Positions 26,135 through 33,900 of a DNA stretch of 33,900 nucleotides are shown here, one piece after another. Made by a program: the position numbers and the translations under genes. Below the pieces are notes generated by a model. It had not been told where the DNA came from and ran no database searches. It worked only from the letters and a program-made list of their open reading frames with translations. The stretch is from a virus (lineage: Duplodnaviria; Caudoviricetes), in the IMG/VR virus record IMGVR_UViG_3300017912_003447, positions 1 through 33,900 of that record; one strand, 5' to 3'. Every line of letters begins with the position of its first letter. The stretch's first letter is position 1.

Positions 26135-26760
26135 AACATCGACTCATACAAATTATTTTGTCTTTCTTGTCTTTCAATTGTTTTGGGGTGGTACAGGCTT
26201 AACTCTTCTTGTGGTGGTAAATGTGCATAGCTCTTGGCGCCCGAAATAATTTCATGAACTGGTTTAATCCATCTTATTTTTTTATCGTTTCTAAATATCC
26301 TTGCTTGATAATCAGGATAATTTACCCAGCCTTTTTCTGAAACTCTCCACCCCCATTTGTTTATATGATTCTCAGTTATTCCATCAACCGTATTAACCCT
26401 TGGAACCCAAATTAAATCTACATCATTCGACTCCAAAATTGGTTTAACTTGTTGTAATAAAATATCATGTGGATATTCATCTGCATCTAAATGAAATATG
26501 TAATCCCCACGTGAATTTTCAATAACAGAATTTTTATGTGCAGCAAAATCACCATCCAACTTTCTTTGGTACACCAATATTAGATTTTGTTTGTGATAAG
26601 TTTGTGTGAAAACATCTAACTCAAATTTTACTGCATCGTCTTCACCATCAACGCAGATAATTATTTCATCTTCTTTATCTATTTTTTTAATGAGAATATT
26701 TAATAACCTTTTTAACTCGTCAGCCTCATTATGAACTGTTACACCATAACTAATTTTCAA
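26131..26760 (-). CDS. glycosyltransferase family 2
   Basis: ISYGVTVHNE, DEIIICVD, FAAHKN, YIFHLDADE, YPDYQARIF, W..PVHE. Confidence 0.9.
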   Translation of the reverse strand: MKISYGVTVHNEADELKRLLNILIKKIDKEDEIIICVDGEDDAVKFELDVFTQTYHKQNLILVYQRKLDGDFAAHKNSVIENSRGDYIFHLDADEYPHDILLQQVKPILESNDVDLIWVPRVNTVDGITENHINKWGWRVSEKGWVNYPDYQARIFRNDKKIRWIKPVHEIISGAKSYAHLPPQEELSLYHPKTIERQERQNNLYESML

Positions 26761-27199
26761 TTAGTACCTCTCTTACTTTTTTTGGTAGGATTATAGGTTC
26801 TAAGAAAACTTGTGACTTTTTAGCCTCAGTATAATCATACGTTCTATAAACCGAAAAGTTTTTTATTTTTGCTTTAATTTTTTGATAAACATTTTGTTTT
26901 ACCCCACGAGAACCGACGTTTGGTATATCAACTCTATATATAAAATCATCTCCGCTGACTACTTTAATTTCTCCAATTGTCTCAAGTATTTGTACTAACA
27001 TAGGTTTGTTTCTAATCGTGGGTATTGTTCCTCTATCCTCTAATTTCAAACCAACTAAATGTATAGATTTACTCCCATCCTTTTTTTTAAAAGGTAGTTT
27101 GTTATTGAGAACGAGTATGGTCTGAAGATTATTGTTATATCTAAAAGAAATAATATCACCGGCTTCGACATTACCCCAAGTATAAACTTGTTTAGGCAT
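26750..27199 (-). CDS. hypothetical phage protein
   Basis: 149-aa ORF in the coupled chain; no motif recognised. Confidence 0.7.
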   Translation of the reverse strand: MPKQVYTWGNVEAGDIISFRYNNNLQTILVLNNKLPFKKKDGSKSIHLVGLKLEDRGTIPTIRNKPMLVQILETIGEIKVVSGDDFIYRVDIPNVGSRGVKQNVYQKIKAKIKNFSVYRTYDYTEAKKSQVFLEPIILPKKVREVLIEN

Positions 27200-27642
27200 T
27201 AATTAAAAACTCTTTTAGTCATTCCCAAGTCCTCACACGCTGATAAAAAATCATATTTATGATATGTTTTCGCGTTATCAACATCTAACCTCTGAACGTG
27301 TCCATCATATTTTTCTCTTTCCTCGATTGGTATTTCTACAACCTTAGCGTACTTCCATTCATATGCCTTTTCGTTTCCCTCTGGATAAATCATACCCATC
27401 TGACCCATGTTGATGACAGATAGTAACCAAATAATATTTCTTGTTTTATCCTCATGAATTGTGTCCTGCACTAACTTTGGAGATTTTTTTATATTGTTTT
27501 CAATCTCGTAACTACCTATCTGATATCTTGAATCACTCATGTATCCACATCTAAAACAAAGATATGAACTAAAGGTTTCTTGTTTCTCTTCGAAGCATTT
27601 TTTTGTATCATAACAGACTGGACACGTTATATTTTTTTCCAT
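27199..27642 (-). CDS. hypothetical Zn-ribbon protein
   Basis: CPVC...CFRCG. Confidence 0.7.
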   Translation of the reverse strand: MEKNITCPVCYDTKKCFEEKQETFSSYLCFRCGYMSDSRYQIGSYEIENNIKKSPKLVQDTIHEDKTRNIIWLLSVINMGQMGMIYPEGNEKAYEWKYAKVVEIPIEEREKYDGHVQRLDVDNAKTYHKYDFLSACEDLGMTKRVFN

Positions 27643-28970
27643 TATACTCTCTTCAATTTAGGTAGATTTATTTTTGGTTTCTCCTGCTTACCAACCTTTT
27701 TTAGTTTTGGTAACTTTAATCCAACTTCCTTTGGAAATTCAGGTAAATAATTATCTAATATTTTATCAAGCTCACTTGTCATTTTTTTTAGTGAAAATAA
27801 TGATTGATTTACTTTTCCTAGCTTTAAAGAATTATTAGAATATTTTTTATAATTTTTAAATACATCTTTCATGTAAGACGATACCTGTTGGTAATTTGCT
27901 GTAAACCATTGAGCACCATCCACTCGCATATTTTCAGGAAAAGATGATTTAGGAACATCCACCATTTGACCTGAAACTAAAACACTTTGTTTACTATTGA
28001 GAAAATCTAAATGACCACTCCATGACGATGCAATAACAGGCTTACCAGAGATACTAGCTTCGAGTAAAGGTCTTCCGAATCCCTCACCATGGGTAATGTT
28101 CACGTGTGCTTTAACTTTTGGATGATTATATAAATCATTTATCTCATTGTCACTTAAATCACCATGCAATAAATATACATTTGGTAAATCACCAGATACA
28201 GATTCTTTGATATTTTTTATCTTTTTTATCATTTCCTCTCTGTCTAATACAGAAAAACTTGCACCACTTGTTTTAAGAATTAGACCTGGCTTATTTTTTT
28301 GATTTTTAAATGTTTCTAAAAACACCTTAACCAACATACCTGTATCTTTCCTATCCTCTCCTAACTTACCTTGTAACCAATGGCCGACATATAAAAAATT
28401 AAAAGACTCTTCGATACTTTTCATTTCATCAACTATACTCTTACTTAGCTCATTAGTTTTTTTATAGGTATCTGAATCTGCACCCTCAAATAAAACTTCA
28501 ATTGGTTTATCGAGTTTCAATTGTCCTTTAAGTTGTTTTGTTTTTTCATCTTGAATATCGAATGAAATACTTGTCATTGTATTTTTTACGAATGTGGACG
28601 GAACAATATTTAAATCCATTTTGTTCATACCTTGTATCCACTCAGGTGGACAAGCAGTGCATTCTAGACCAGCGGTTACACCAATGTTATATTTACCGAT
28701 TGGAGAAAATTCATTAGGCACAACAATGTGCATATGAATATCTGGTTGTTGTGGAAGTTGTGGTGTTTGTAATAACCTATCTATAATTATTTTATCTCGT
28801 GGTTCCATATCATTTAATGCATTCATCGGTGTATTTCCCCAACGAACAGGCCAAACCTTAACATCATATTTATTTAATTCTATTAGAGACCTAACTATGT
28901 CTCGTGAGTGTGCTCCATATCCACTTCTTGTGCCGACTGGCGCTGTAACTAAAACTACTGGTTTTGACAT
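27642..28970 (-). CDS. glycosyltransferase family 4 (GT-B)
   Basis: SGYGAHSRD, IVPSTF, FLYVG...RKD, THGEGFGRPLLEA..GKPVI. Confidence 0.9.
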   Translation of the reverse strand: MSKPVVLVTAPVGTRSGYGAHSRDIVRSLIELNKYDVKVWPVRWGNTPMNALNDMEPRDKIIIDRLLQTPQLPQQPDIHMHIVVPNEFSPIGKYNIGVTAGLECTACPPEWIQGMNKMDLNIVPSTFVKNTMTSISFDIQDEKTKQLKGQLKLDKPIEVLFEGADSDTYKKTNELSKSIVDEMKSIEESFNFLYVGHWLQGKLGEDRKDTGMLVKVFLETFKNQKNKPGLILKTSGASFSVLDREEMIKKIKNIKESVSGDLPNVYLLHGDLSDNEINDLYNHPKVKAHVNITHGEGFGRPLLEASISGKPVIASSWSGHLDFLNSKQSVLVSGQMVDVPKSSFPENMRVDGAQWFTANYQQVSSYMKDVFKNYKKYSNNSLKLGKVNQSLFSLKKMTSELDKILDNYLPEFPKEVGLKLPKLKKVGKQEKPKINLPKLKRV

Positions 28971-28979
28971 TCTAACCTC

Positions 28980-30368
28980 TTACGCTTTATAAATTGTAAA
29001 TCTTTTTCTTGGTTTCCATACTGAAAATACTTTCTCCATATGGTCAATAAAATTATCACACATATGTTTTGAAGTCATCATAACATCATCACGTTTGACA
29101 AACTCATGACCCTTCATGCCACACTCTCTACGTTTATCTTCATCCATCATATACCATTCATGTATATTATCACCAACGTCATCCCACCTACATCTATCAT
29201 CAAAAATATATGGAGTCGGTGGAGAACCTTGTAAACATCTGTTTGATGGCCATACTGGTTTTACCCATTCACCCCAAGTCAAATCTTCATTATGCGCCCA
29301 CTTTCTATCATCATGTAATGACTTAATTTCTTTGTAATCTTCAGCGGTAAGTAGTTTACCTTTTAATCTGAATCCACATTGGTCTTGTAAACCACCTGTA
29401 ACATTTACGATTATAGGTGTACCTGCCATTAGTGACTCACAAGTACCTAACCCAAATCCCTCATTCGAAGCCATGTTAACTGTAACATCAGCTATGTTGT
29501 AGAGATAGTTTAGTTTGTCGACCTCTAATTTTTTACTACTAAAGTAAACTTTATAATCTGGCGCCAAAACCCTTGCAACCTCGGGTAAGTCAGTGCCATT
29601 ATCATCTATCGGTTGTGTGTGCATCAATAAACAAACCTTATTCGCTTCTTCTTTACTTAGACCATCACAAAAGTGTTTAAATGCCAATATGACATCGCCA
29701 GGATTCTTACGTCTTATATTTCTATTGTTATAGAATACAACAAACTCAACATCCTCATCGGTAAGTTGTTTTTTCATTTCCAAGACACTTTTATATTCTT
29801 CATCAAAAACTGATATTGGTCTATAATATTTTTCACTTATACCATGAGGTAAATAAGTGCAATCTAATTCTGTTCTTGGTTTATTTTTAGCTACCTCATT
29901 GACTATAGCTACTGTCTGTTTTGATATGTTCATGATTAAATCAGAGCACTCGTAAAAGTTTTCATTATATTGTGGAGCTGGCCAATCATCCCATATATTG
30001 TAATAAAATATTGGAATCTCTTGTCTTATTTCATGTTCCATATCATATAACCATCTCCAAAACCTTGGGTCGGTGTAATGTAATATCGCGTCTGGTTTTT
30101 CCAAACTCATAATTTGTCTTAGTGAGTCTGGATTACCATATCCATCAGTAGGATATATTGTTAACGTTGCATCTTCCACGCCCGTTTCCTCACGTGCTAC
30201 TTGATTCATATCAACACGTTTACCATTCTCAGGATGTTTAATTGCCCCACCGATTTGTGCCCAATCATATTTATGTAAAGTACCAAGCACAAACTCTTTT
30301 GACATGGTACCCACACCAGATGACATTCTCAAATCATCCGATAATAGTAATATTTTTTTCTTAGCCAT
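28980..30368 (-). CDS. glycosyltransferase family 4 (GT-B)
   Basis: KILLLSDD...SGVG, YLPHGI, NNRNIRRKN, SNEGFGLGTCESLMAGTPIIVNVTGGL. Confidence 0.9.
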   Translation of the reverse strand: MAKKKILLLSDDLRMSSGVGTMSKEFVLGTLHKYDWAQIGGAIKHPENGKRVDMNQVAREETGVEDATLTIYPTDGYGNPDSLRQIMSLEKPDAILHYTDPRFWRWLYDMEHEIRQEIPIFYYNIWDDWPAPQYNENFYECSDLIMNISKQTVAIVNEVAKNKPRTELDCTYLPHGISEKYYRPISVFDEEYKSVLEMKKQLTDEDVEFVVFYNNRNIRRKNPGDVILAFKHFCDGLSKEEANKVCLLMHTQPIDDNGTDLPEVARVLAPDYKVYFSSKKLEVDKLNYLYNIADVTVNMASNEGFGLGTCESLMAGTPIIVNVTGGLQDQCGFRLKGKLLTAEDYKEIKSLHDDRKWAHNEDLTWGEWVKPVWPSNRCLQGSPPTPYIFDDRCRWDDVGDNIHEWYMMDEDKRRECGMKGHEFVKRDDVMMTSKHMCDNFIDHMEKVFSVWKPRKRFTIYKA

Positions 30369-30375
30369 ACGACCT

Positions 30376-30618
30376 CTAATCGTTTAATATAGTTTTGTTT
30401 GGCCCGACCTCTGCATCGAAGTAGTCTAACATTTCCAACTTATCAGCATAACCAGCCATTTTGTCTAACTCTTTTTCTATCTCATCCATCACATCTCCGT
30501 GTTCACCGATACCAACCGAATTACTCATAAGATTTTCCACGTTGATTCTATGTTTTTCAATCCCAGCTTTAAATTGTAATCTACTGGCTCTAATTAAATC
30601 GTCTCTTAAGTTGCTCAT
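30376..30618 (-). CDS. hypothetical phage protein
   Basis: 80-aa helical ORF (NSVGIGEHGDVMDEIEKELDK); ATGA overlap. Confidence 0.7.
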   Translation of the reverse strand: MSNLRDDLIRASRLQFKAGIEKHRINVENLMSNSVGIGEHGDVMDEIEKELDKMAGYADKLEMLDYFDAEVGPNKTILND

Positions 30619-30806
30619 AATCTACTCCCACTTGGTATTAAGTTGTTATAAGAATGTATTTTATTTTGAAAATCTTCATCAAAAACATATAAGTCCATCG
30701 ACCTGTTTACTAATTTTTGTAGAGTAAACTCACTTTCTAATGTACTGCTTTTAAAATTTTTATATAACTCTTTTAGTATTTTAACTGACGTTAGTTTATA
30801 ATTCAT
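30615..30806 (-). CDS. putative ribbon-helix-helix DNA-binding protein
   Basis: Alternating strand LTSVKI, helix KELYKNFK, second helix TLQKLVNRSMDLY; AGAGG SD. Confidence 0.5.
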   Translation of the reverse strand: MNYKLTSVKILKELYKNFKSSTLESEFTLQKLVNRSMDLYVFDEDFQNKIHSYNNLIPSGSRL

Positions 30807-30843
30807 AATAACCTCTGTATATATGTATATATATAAGTATATA

Positions 30844-31251
30844 CTAATTCATTATTTTTACTAACTTTTTTTTCCTTTTTGCATAATTTACTGTATTCAT
30901 AGTCCCTCTGGTCTCATTACCATTAGGCATAAATGCTACTATTATATCTGAATAATCTACCACTTGTTTATTTCTTTTAAAATAGTTTGATATATAATAT
31001 GGTTTCTTATATTCTGTAGCTGGTAAGACACAATGCATATTCCAAGTATAATGTGCTGGCGGAAACTCCTTGTAGACCATATCTAATTCAAGTGCATATT
31101 TTTTTGCGTATCCATCAACACCTTGTGGTTGACCACCGCTGACTATCTCGACCTCATCCTTATATTTTTCTTTTAACTTGAAAATGAAATTTTTAACTTT
31201 TATATTATTTGTATAAACCCTACTACCGACAATAGCAATCTTAGTCCTCAT
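30844..31251 (-). CDS. SLOG superfamily protein (DUF2493/YspA/DprA-like)
   Basis: IAIVGSR, IVSGG..GVD.YA, YFKRN..VVDYSDIIVAF, RGTMNTV.YA. Confidence 0.85.
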   Translation of the reverse strand: MRTKIAIVGSRVYTNNIKVKNFIFKLKEKYKDEVEIVSGGQPQGVDGYAKKYALELDMVYKEFPPAHYTWNMHCVLPATEYKKPYYISNYFKRNKQVVDYSDIIVAFMPNGNETRGTMNTVNYAKRKKKLVKIMN

Positions 31252-31654
31252 AATCGTTTCTTTTTTGTGGTTTCTTATTTTTCTCGGCGGTTGTAAATTT
31301 TGTTACATCATAAAAACTATGTAAAAGCATAGGTATCTCTTCGATAAACTTGTACTTCGCTTGGAATCTCACATTAGAATTATAGTCGATATCATGAGGT
31401 GCTATATCAAAATAAATAAATTCGTTAGCCTTTAGACTACTATCATTTTTAATAATCGTTTTGATTGACAAATTATCTTTCCATCTCTCATAAAATTCTT
31501 TTAAATTAACATCCCCATCACCAAGCCAAAAGTATAGAATAATTTTTATATTAAGGTCATTTTCTATGGCCTTAATTCTCTCCATTATAATACTTTCTAA
31601 ATCGGTGCCTATAAAATCAGAAAGTTTTAGTCTTAATTTTATCACTCGTGTCAT
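31241..31654 (-). CDS. hypothetical phage protein
   Basis: 137-aa ORF, AGGAG SD, TAATG overlap. Confidence 0.7.
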   Translation of the reverse strand: MTRVIKLRLKLSDFIGTDLESIIMERIKAIENDLNIKIILYFWLGDGDVNLKEFYERWKDNLSIKTIIKNDSSLKANEFIYFDIAPHDIDYNSNVRFQAKYKFIEEIPMLLHSFYDVTKFTTAEKNKKPQKRNDYED

Positions 31655-32517
31655 TATTTTACTCCTACGTCACAATGTTCGGTCTGATTAAATTCACAGA
31701 ATCTACAATTCTTTTTTGATGGATTCTTCATAAAATTAGCTTCTAAGTTGTGTTTATCATCTATGAAACAATCCTCTACAAATCTATTGACATTATTAAC
31801 GACTTTGTTTACGCTTGGTTTACCATTGGCTGGTGTAAAGGTCTGTACTCTACGTTGTGGAAAATCTAAATTTTCATATAGCTTTCTTTTTACAATAAAA
31901 TATTCTACATCTATTTTATCTAATGGTATGTTATTCTGTGCTCCCCAAAAGTTTTTATATAATAATAGTTGGTCTGTTTTATTCTTATCTGCTTTTTGAT
32001 ACTTATTCCAACCCATGGTTGATGTTTTGATATCGATAATCTTGTATCTGTCTCTTACCGTATCGTGAATAAGAACGTCAATATAACCAATAAATTTAAT
32101 ACCATCATTCATTTTATAATCTATTGGAACCTCAATGCCTACCAACTCATAACCTTTCTTACTAAAATACATACCACGTTTTTTCTTAAACCACTCTAAT
32201 ATTAATAAACCATGATTATAAAATTCTTCCATATCATGTTGCTCTACAAAAACCTCTCCACCATTTTTGCTCATAATTTCTGTATAGTTTGTTTTCATTC
32301 TTTTTAATAACATTTTATCAAGTGGTAAAGCATCCGCCATCTTTATTGTATCCTCATACATTACGGTCAGATATGTTTGTAAAACTTCGTGCATGCTTGT
32401 ACCAAACAGAGTATGAATGTTATCCGTAAACGTGCTTAGTTTATCTACATAGTTGAGTTTCCATTTCCAAGGACAAACATCCCATTGGCTATATTGACTA
32501 TAACTTATTCTTTTCAC
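31654..32517 (-). CDS. PD-(D/E)XK nuclease, solo Cas4/AddB-like with Fe-S cysteines
   Basis: ISYSQ...CPWKW, FGTSMHE, GIEVP, GYIDV, IIDIKTS, QLLLY, CRFCEF....HC. Confidence 0.88.
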   Translation of the reverse strand: MKRISYSQYSQWDVCPWKWKLNYVDKLSTFTDNIHTLFGTSMHEVLQTYLTVMYEDTIKMADALPLDKMLLKRMKTNYTEIMSKNGGEVFVEQHDMEEFYNHGLLILEWFKKKRGMYFSKKGYELVGIEVPIDYKMNDGIKFIGYIDVLIHDTVRDRYKIIDIKTSTMGWNKYQKADKNKTDQLLLYKNFWGAQNNIPLDKIDVEYFIVKRKLYENLDFPQRRVQTFTPANGKPSVNKVVNNVNRFVEDCFIDDKHNLEANFMKNPSKKNCRFCEFNQTEHCDVGVK

Positions 32518-32600
32518 TTTAATGACTTTCTATATTCGACAATCATTATTACCACACTTAATATAGTAACTGATAAAACTACTGGTATTACTACGTTCAT
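32514..32600 (-). CDS. 28-aa single-pass membrane microprotein (not in ORF track)
   Basis: MNVVIPVVLSVTILSVVIMIVEYRKSLK*; TGATG overlap with the upstream stop and GTGA overlap with the downstream start. Confidence 0.65.
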   Translation of the reverse strand: MNVVIPVVLSVTILSVVIMIVEYRKSLK

Positions 32601-32983
32601 CACTTCCCCCACTTACCACGATTTACAATTGTAGCCATGATACCATAATTAGATACATCAAGATACGCGTCCTCAAGTGGTTCATCTTTTACGGCAGATT
32701 CTCTATTATTCATTAATAGTGTTTTCATTCTTTGTAACTTATCATTCATCCTAAACCACAAACCTGTAAGTGATAATTTTATCTCCTCTGGTGTTTGTAG
32801 TTGTGTCCCAACTGATATATTACCTGGCCCATAATCATGTTGTTTGTGTAAGAATAATTCATATTGCTGTCGTTGAATCTCCTTAAACTCTTTGGTCATC
32901 TCAGGCCACTCTTTTTCCATCTGTTCTATAACATCATAGTCCTTTGGTTCTGAACGAGGACTATCTTTTATAATACCTCTCAT
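32600..32983 (-). CDS. DUF1599 / nucleotide-modification-associated domain 1 (MazG-like fold) protein
   Basis: LFLHKQHDYG, GLWFRMNDKLQR, DEPLEDAYLDVSNYGIM. Confidence 0.85.
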   Translation of the reverse strand: MRGIIKDSPRSEPKDYDVIEQMEKEWPEMTKEFKEIQRQQYELFLHKQHDYGPGNISVGTQLQTPEEIKLSLTGLWFRMNDKLQRMKTLLMNNRESAVKDEPLEDAYLDVSNYGIMATIVNRGKWGK

Positions 32984-33008
32984 GTATTTCTCCTAATTTA
33001 TGTAACTG

Positions 33009-33038
33009 AATATACGAATAAAATAGTATATGTGTCAA
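33009..33038 (-). promoter_or_regulatory. sigma70-type promoter TTGACA-N18-TATATT
   Basis: -35 at 33038-33033, -10 at 33014-33009, AGGAG SD then ATG 32983; the 12-mer CTTGACACATAT is identical to the promoter at 469-480. Confidence 0.7.
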
Positions 33039-33041
33039 GTA

Positions 33042-33527
33042 TTATTTTGTATTTCCTGCTTGATACATACCGACACTACCTAATACGTTTAGTCCTGCTT
33101 TCTCTATCTTTTTTGGCTCGACTCCGTATTTTCTACAGATTTCTCCTAACTCAAGCATACCACCCTCTGTCAGCATATACATTTCGACAGCATCATAAGC
33201 TTCTTTTTTACTACTCTTCATATGGACTGCTATTAAGTTAATCAGCCACTGTGGATGTTCCATTTGATTTCTCCCTTTAGTGTATCTTAACCATTGTTTA
33301 CCCTTTGGTAAAACGTTGGTGTATAGTTTATATAAATCTTTTGGTTTTAAATTATATTTTTGTAATTCGTTTACAAGCTCAACCCATTCCATTTTCATAG
33401 ATAAAAATCTATGCACCATATAATTAGACCAAGTCTTCTTATCCTCTTCTGATATTGTTTCCCAATAATCAGATTTTTGTACGGACGTAATTTCTTTTAT
33501 ATGGTCAAACAAAGATTTTTTCTTCAT
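33042..33527 (-). CDS. probable DNA polymerase clamp loader small subunit (T4 gp62-like)
   Basis: LFDHIKEIT...WSNYMVHRFLSM...VNELQ...LYTNVLPKGKQWLRY...SKKEA resembles the gp62 pattern; size fits. Confidence 0.6.
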   Translation of the reverse strand: MKKKSLFDHIKEITSVQKSDYWETISEEDKKTWSNYMVHRFLSMKMEWVELVNELQKYNLKPKDLYKLYTNVLPKGKQWLRYTKGRNQMEHPQWLINLIAVHMKSSKKEAYDAVEMYMLTEGGMLELGEICRKYGVEPKKIEKAGLNVLGSVGMYQAGNTK

Positions 33528-33763
33528 TCAATTTCCTCATCTAACATGCCCTCACCTACTTCTCCACAATTACCACAGGCATAAACTTGAATTGGTACGA
33601 TTCCCTCTTGACCTGTCGGTGACATTAACGCTGATATCTTTTTGAGAACAAAAGATTGTATCCACAAATAGTTATCACATTTTTTACACTTCACGGTTTC
33701 GGCATCTCTTAGGTCAACCTGAACTTGTTGTGCTTTTTGATTTGGTTTCTTCATTGGCATCAT
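33524..33763 (-). CDS. hypothetical Zn-ribbon protein
   Basis: CKKC...CGNCG; GAGGAG SD. Confidence 0.7.
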   Translation of the reverse strand: MMPMKKPNQKAQQVQVDLRDAETVKCKKCDNYLWIQSFVLKKISALMSPTGQEGIVPIQVYACGNCGEVGEGMLDEEIE

Positions 33764-33764
33764 T

Positions 33765-33900
33765 TTATAACTCCTCTTCTATAAATGGACAATCTTTACT
33801 CATTATTTCATATTTATCTTGCCAATTTTCTTCTTTGACTATCTTTCTATAATTTTTGACATAAGTAGAATCACTTTCAAATTCATATACCTCAACCCAA
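33765..33900 (-). CDS. 3' end of a hypothetical protein (partial, runs off window)
   Basis: Open frame ...WVEVYEFESDSTYVKNYRKIVKEENWQDKYEIMSKDCPFIEEEL* ending at 33765. Confidence 0.55.
   Translation of the reverse strand, partial: WVEVYEFESDSTYVKNYRKIVKEENWQDKYEIMSKDCPFIEEEL

Noticed and set aside
4610-30368. Ordinary bacterial O-antigen/capsule locus
   Set aside because: No export or polymerisation genes are seen and both flanks are phage-like. Not fully excluded without the rest of the contig.
31654-32517. CRISPR-Cas system suggested by the Cas4-like nuclease
   Set aside because: No repeat-spacer array or other cas gene is visible; solo Cas4-like nucleases are common in phages.
1839-33241. 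All + strand ORFs in the track (60-89 aa) and the nested minus-strand ORF 19413..19616
   Set aside because: They lie antisense to or inside well-supported genes, lack motifs, and are typical shadow ORFs.
1-33900. tRNA, rRNA, transposase, integrase, intron/intein, clear intrinsic terminators
   Set aside because: None recognised by eye; intergenic gaps are tiny except 425-919, where I found no cloverleaf or strong hairpin-U tract.

Overview
This AT-rich window (about 30% GC by eye, richer at ~900-2300) has every credible gene on the minus strand, tightly packed with overlapping stop/start codons. It looks like a large tailed-phage genome rather than a bacterial chromosome. Support for that: a T4 gp62-like clamp-loader subunit, a DUF1599/Nmad1 protein, a solo Cas4-like nuclease, a SLOG protein, an HTH-HNH protein, many tiny orphan ORFs and a repeated sigma70-type promoter motif. 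No capsid or terminase gene is in view, so phage origin is inferred. The centre (4610-30368) is a ~26 kb, 31-gene glycan island with up to 13 glycosyltransferase-like and 5 methyltransferase-like proteins/domains, deoxy/amino/branched-sugar enzymes, and an HldD + GT9 heptose pair. It also holds a complete minimal phosphonate pathway: cytidylyltransferase-PepM fusion, split phosphonopyruvate decarboxylase and an Fe-dependent reductase, predicting 2-hydroxyethylphosphonate. An AlkP-superfamily enzyme is coupled to that pathway. I see no flippase, polymerase, exporter or lipid-carrier initiating transferase, which points to a phosphonoglycan built on a cytoplasmic acceptor such as virion proteins or DNA. 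The left end has a structured non-coding region: three promoters, phased T-tracts, an 18-bp GC core, TGTCA repeats and a canonical G-quadruplex motif. Several unannotated microproteins are present, one extremely acidic. One glycosyltransferase gene carries a single in-frame stop. All family calls come from motif recognition by eye; no database search was run.
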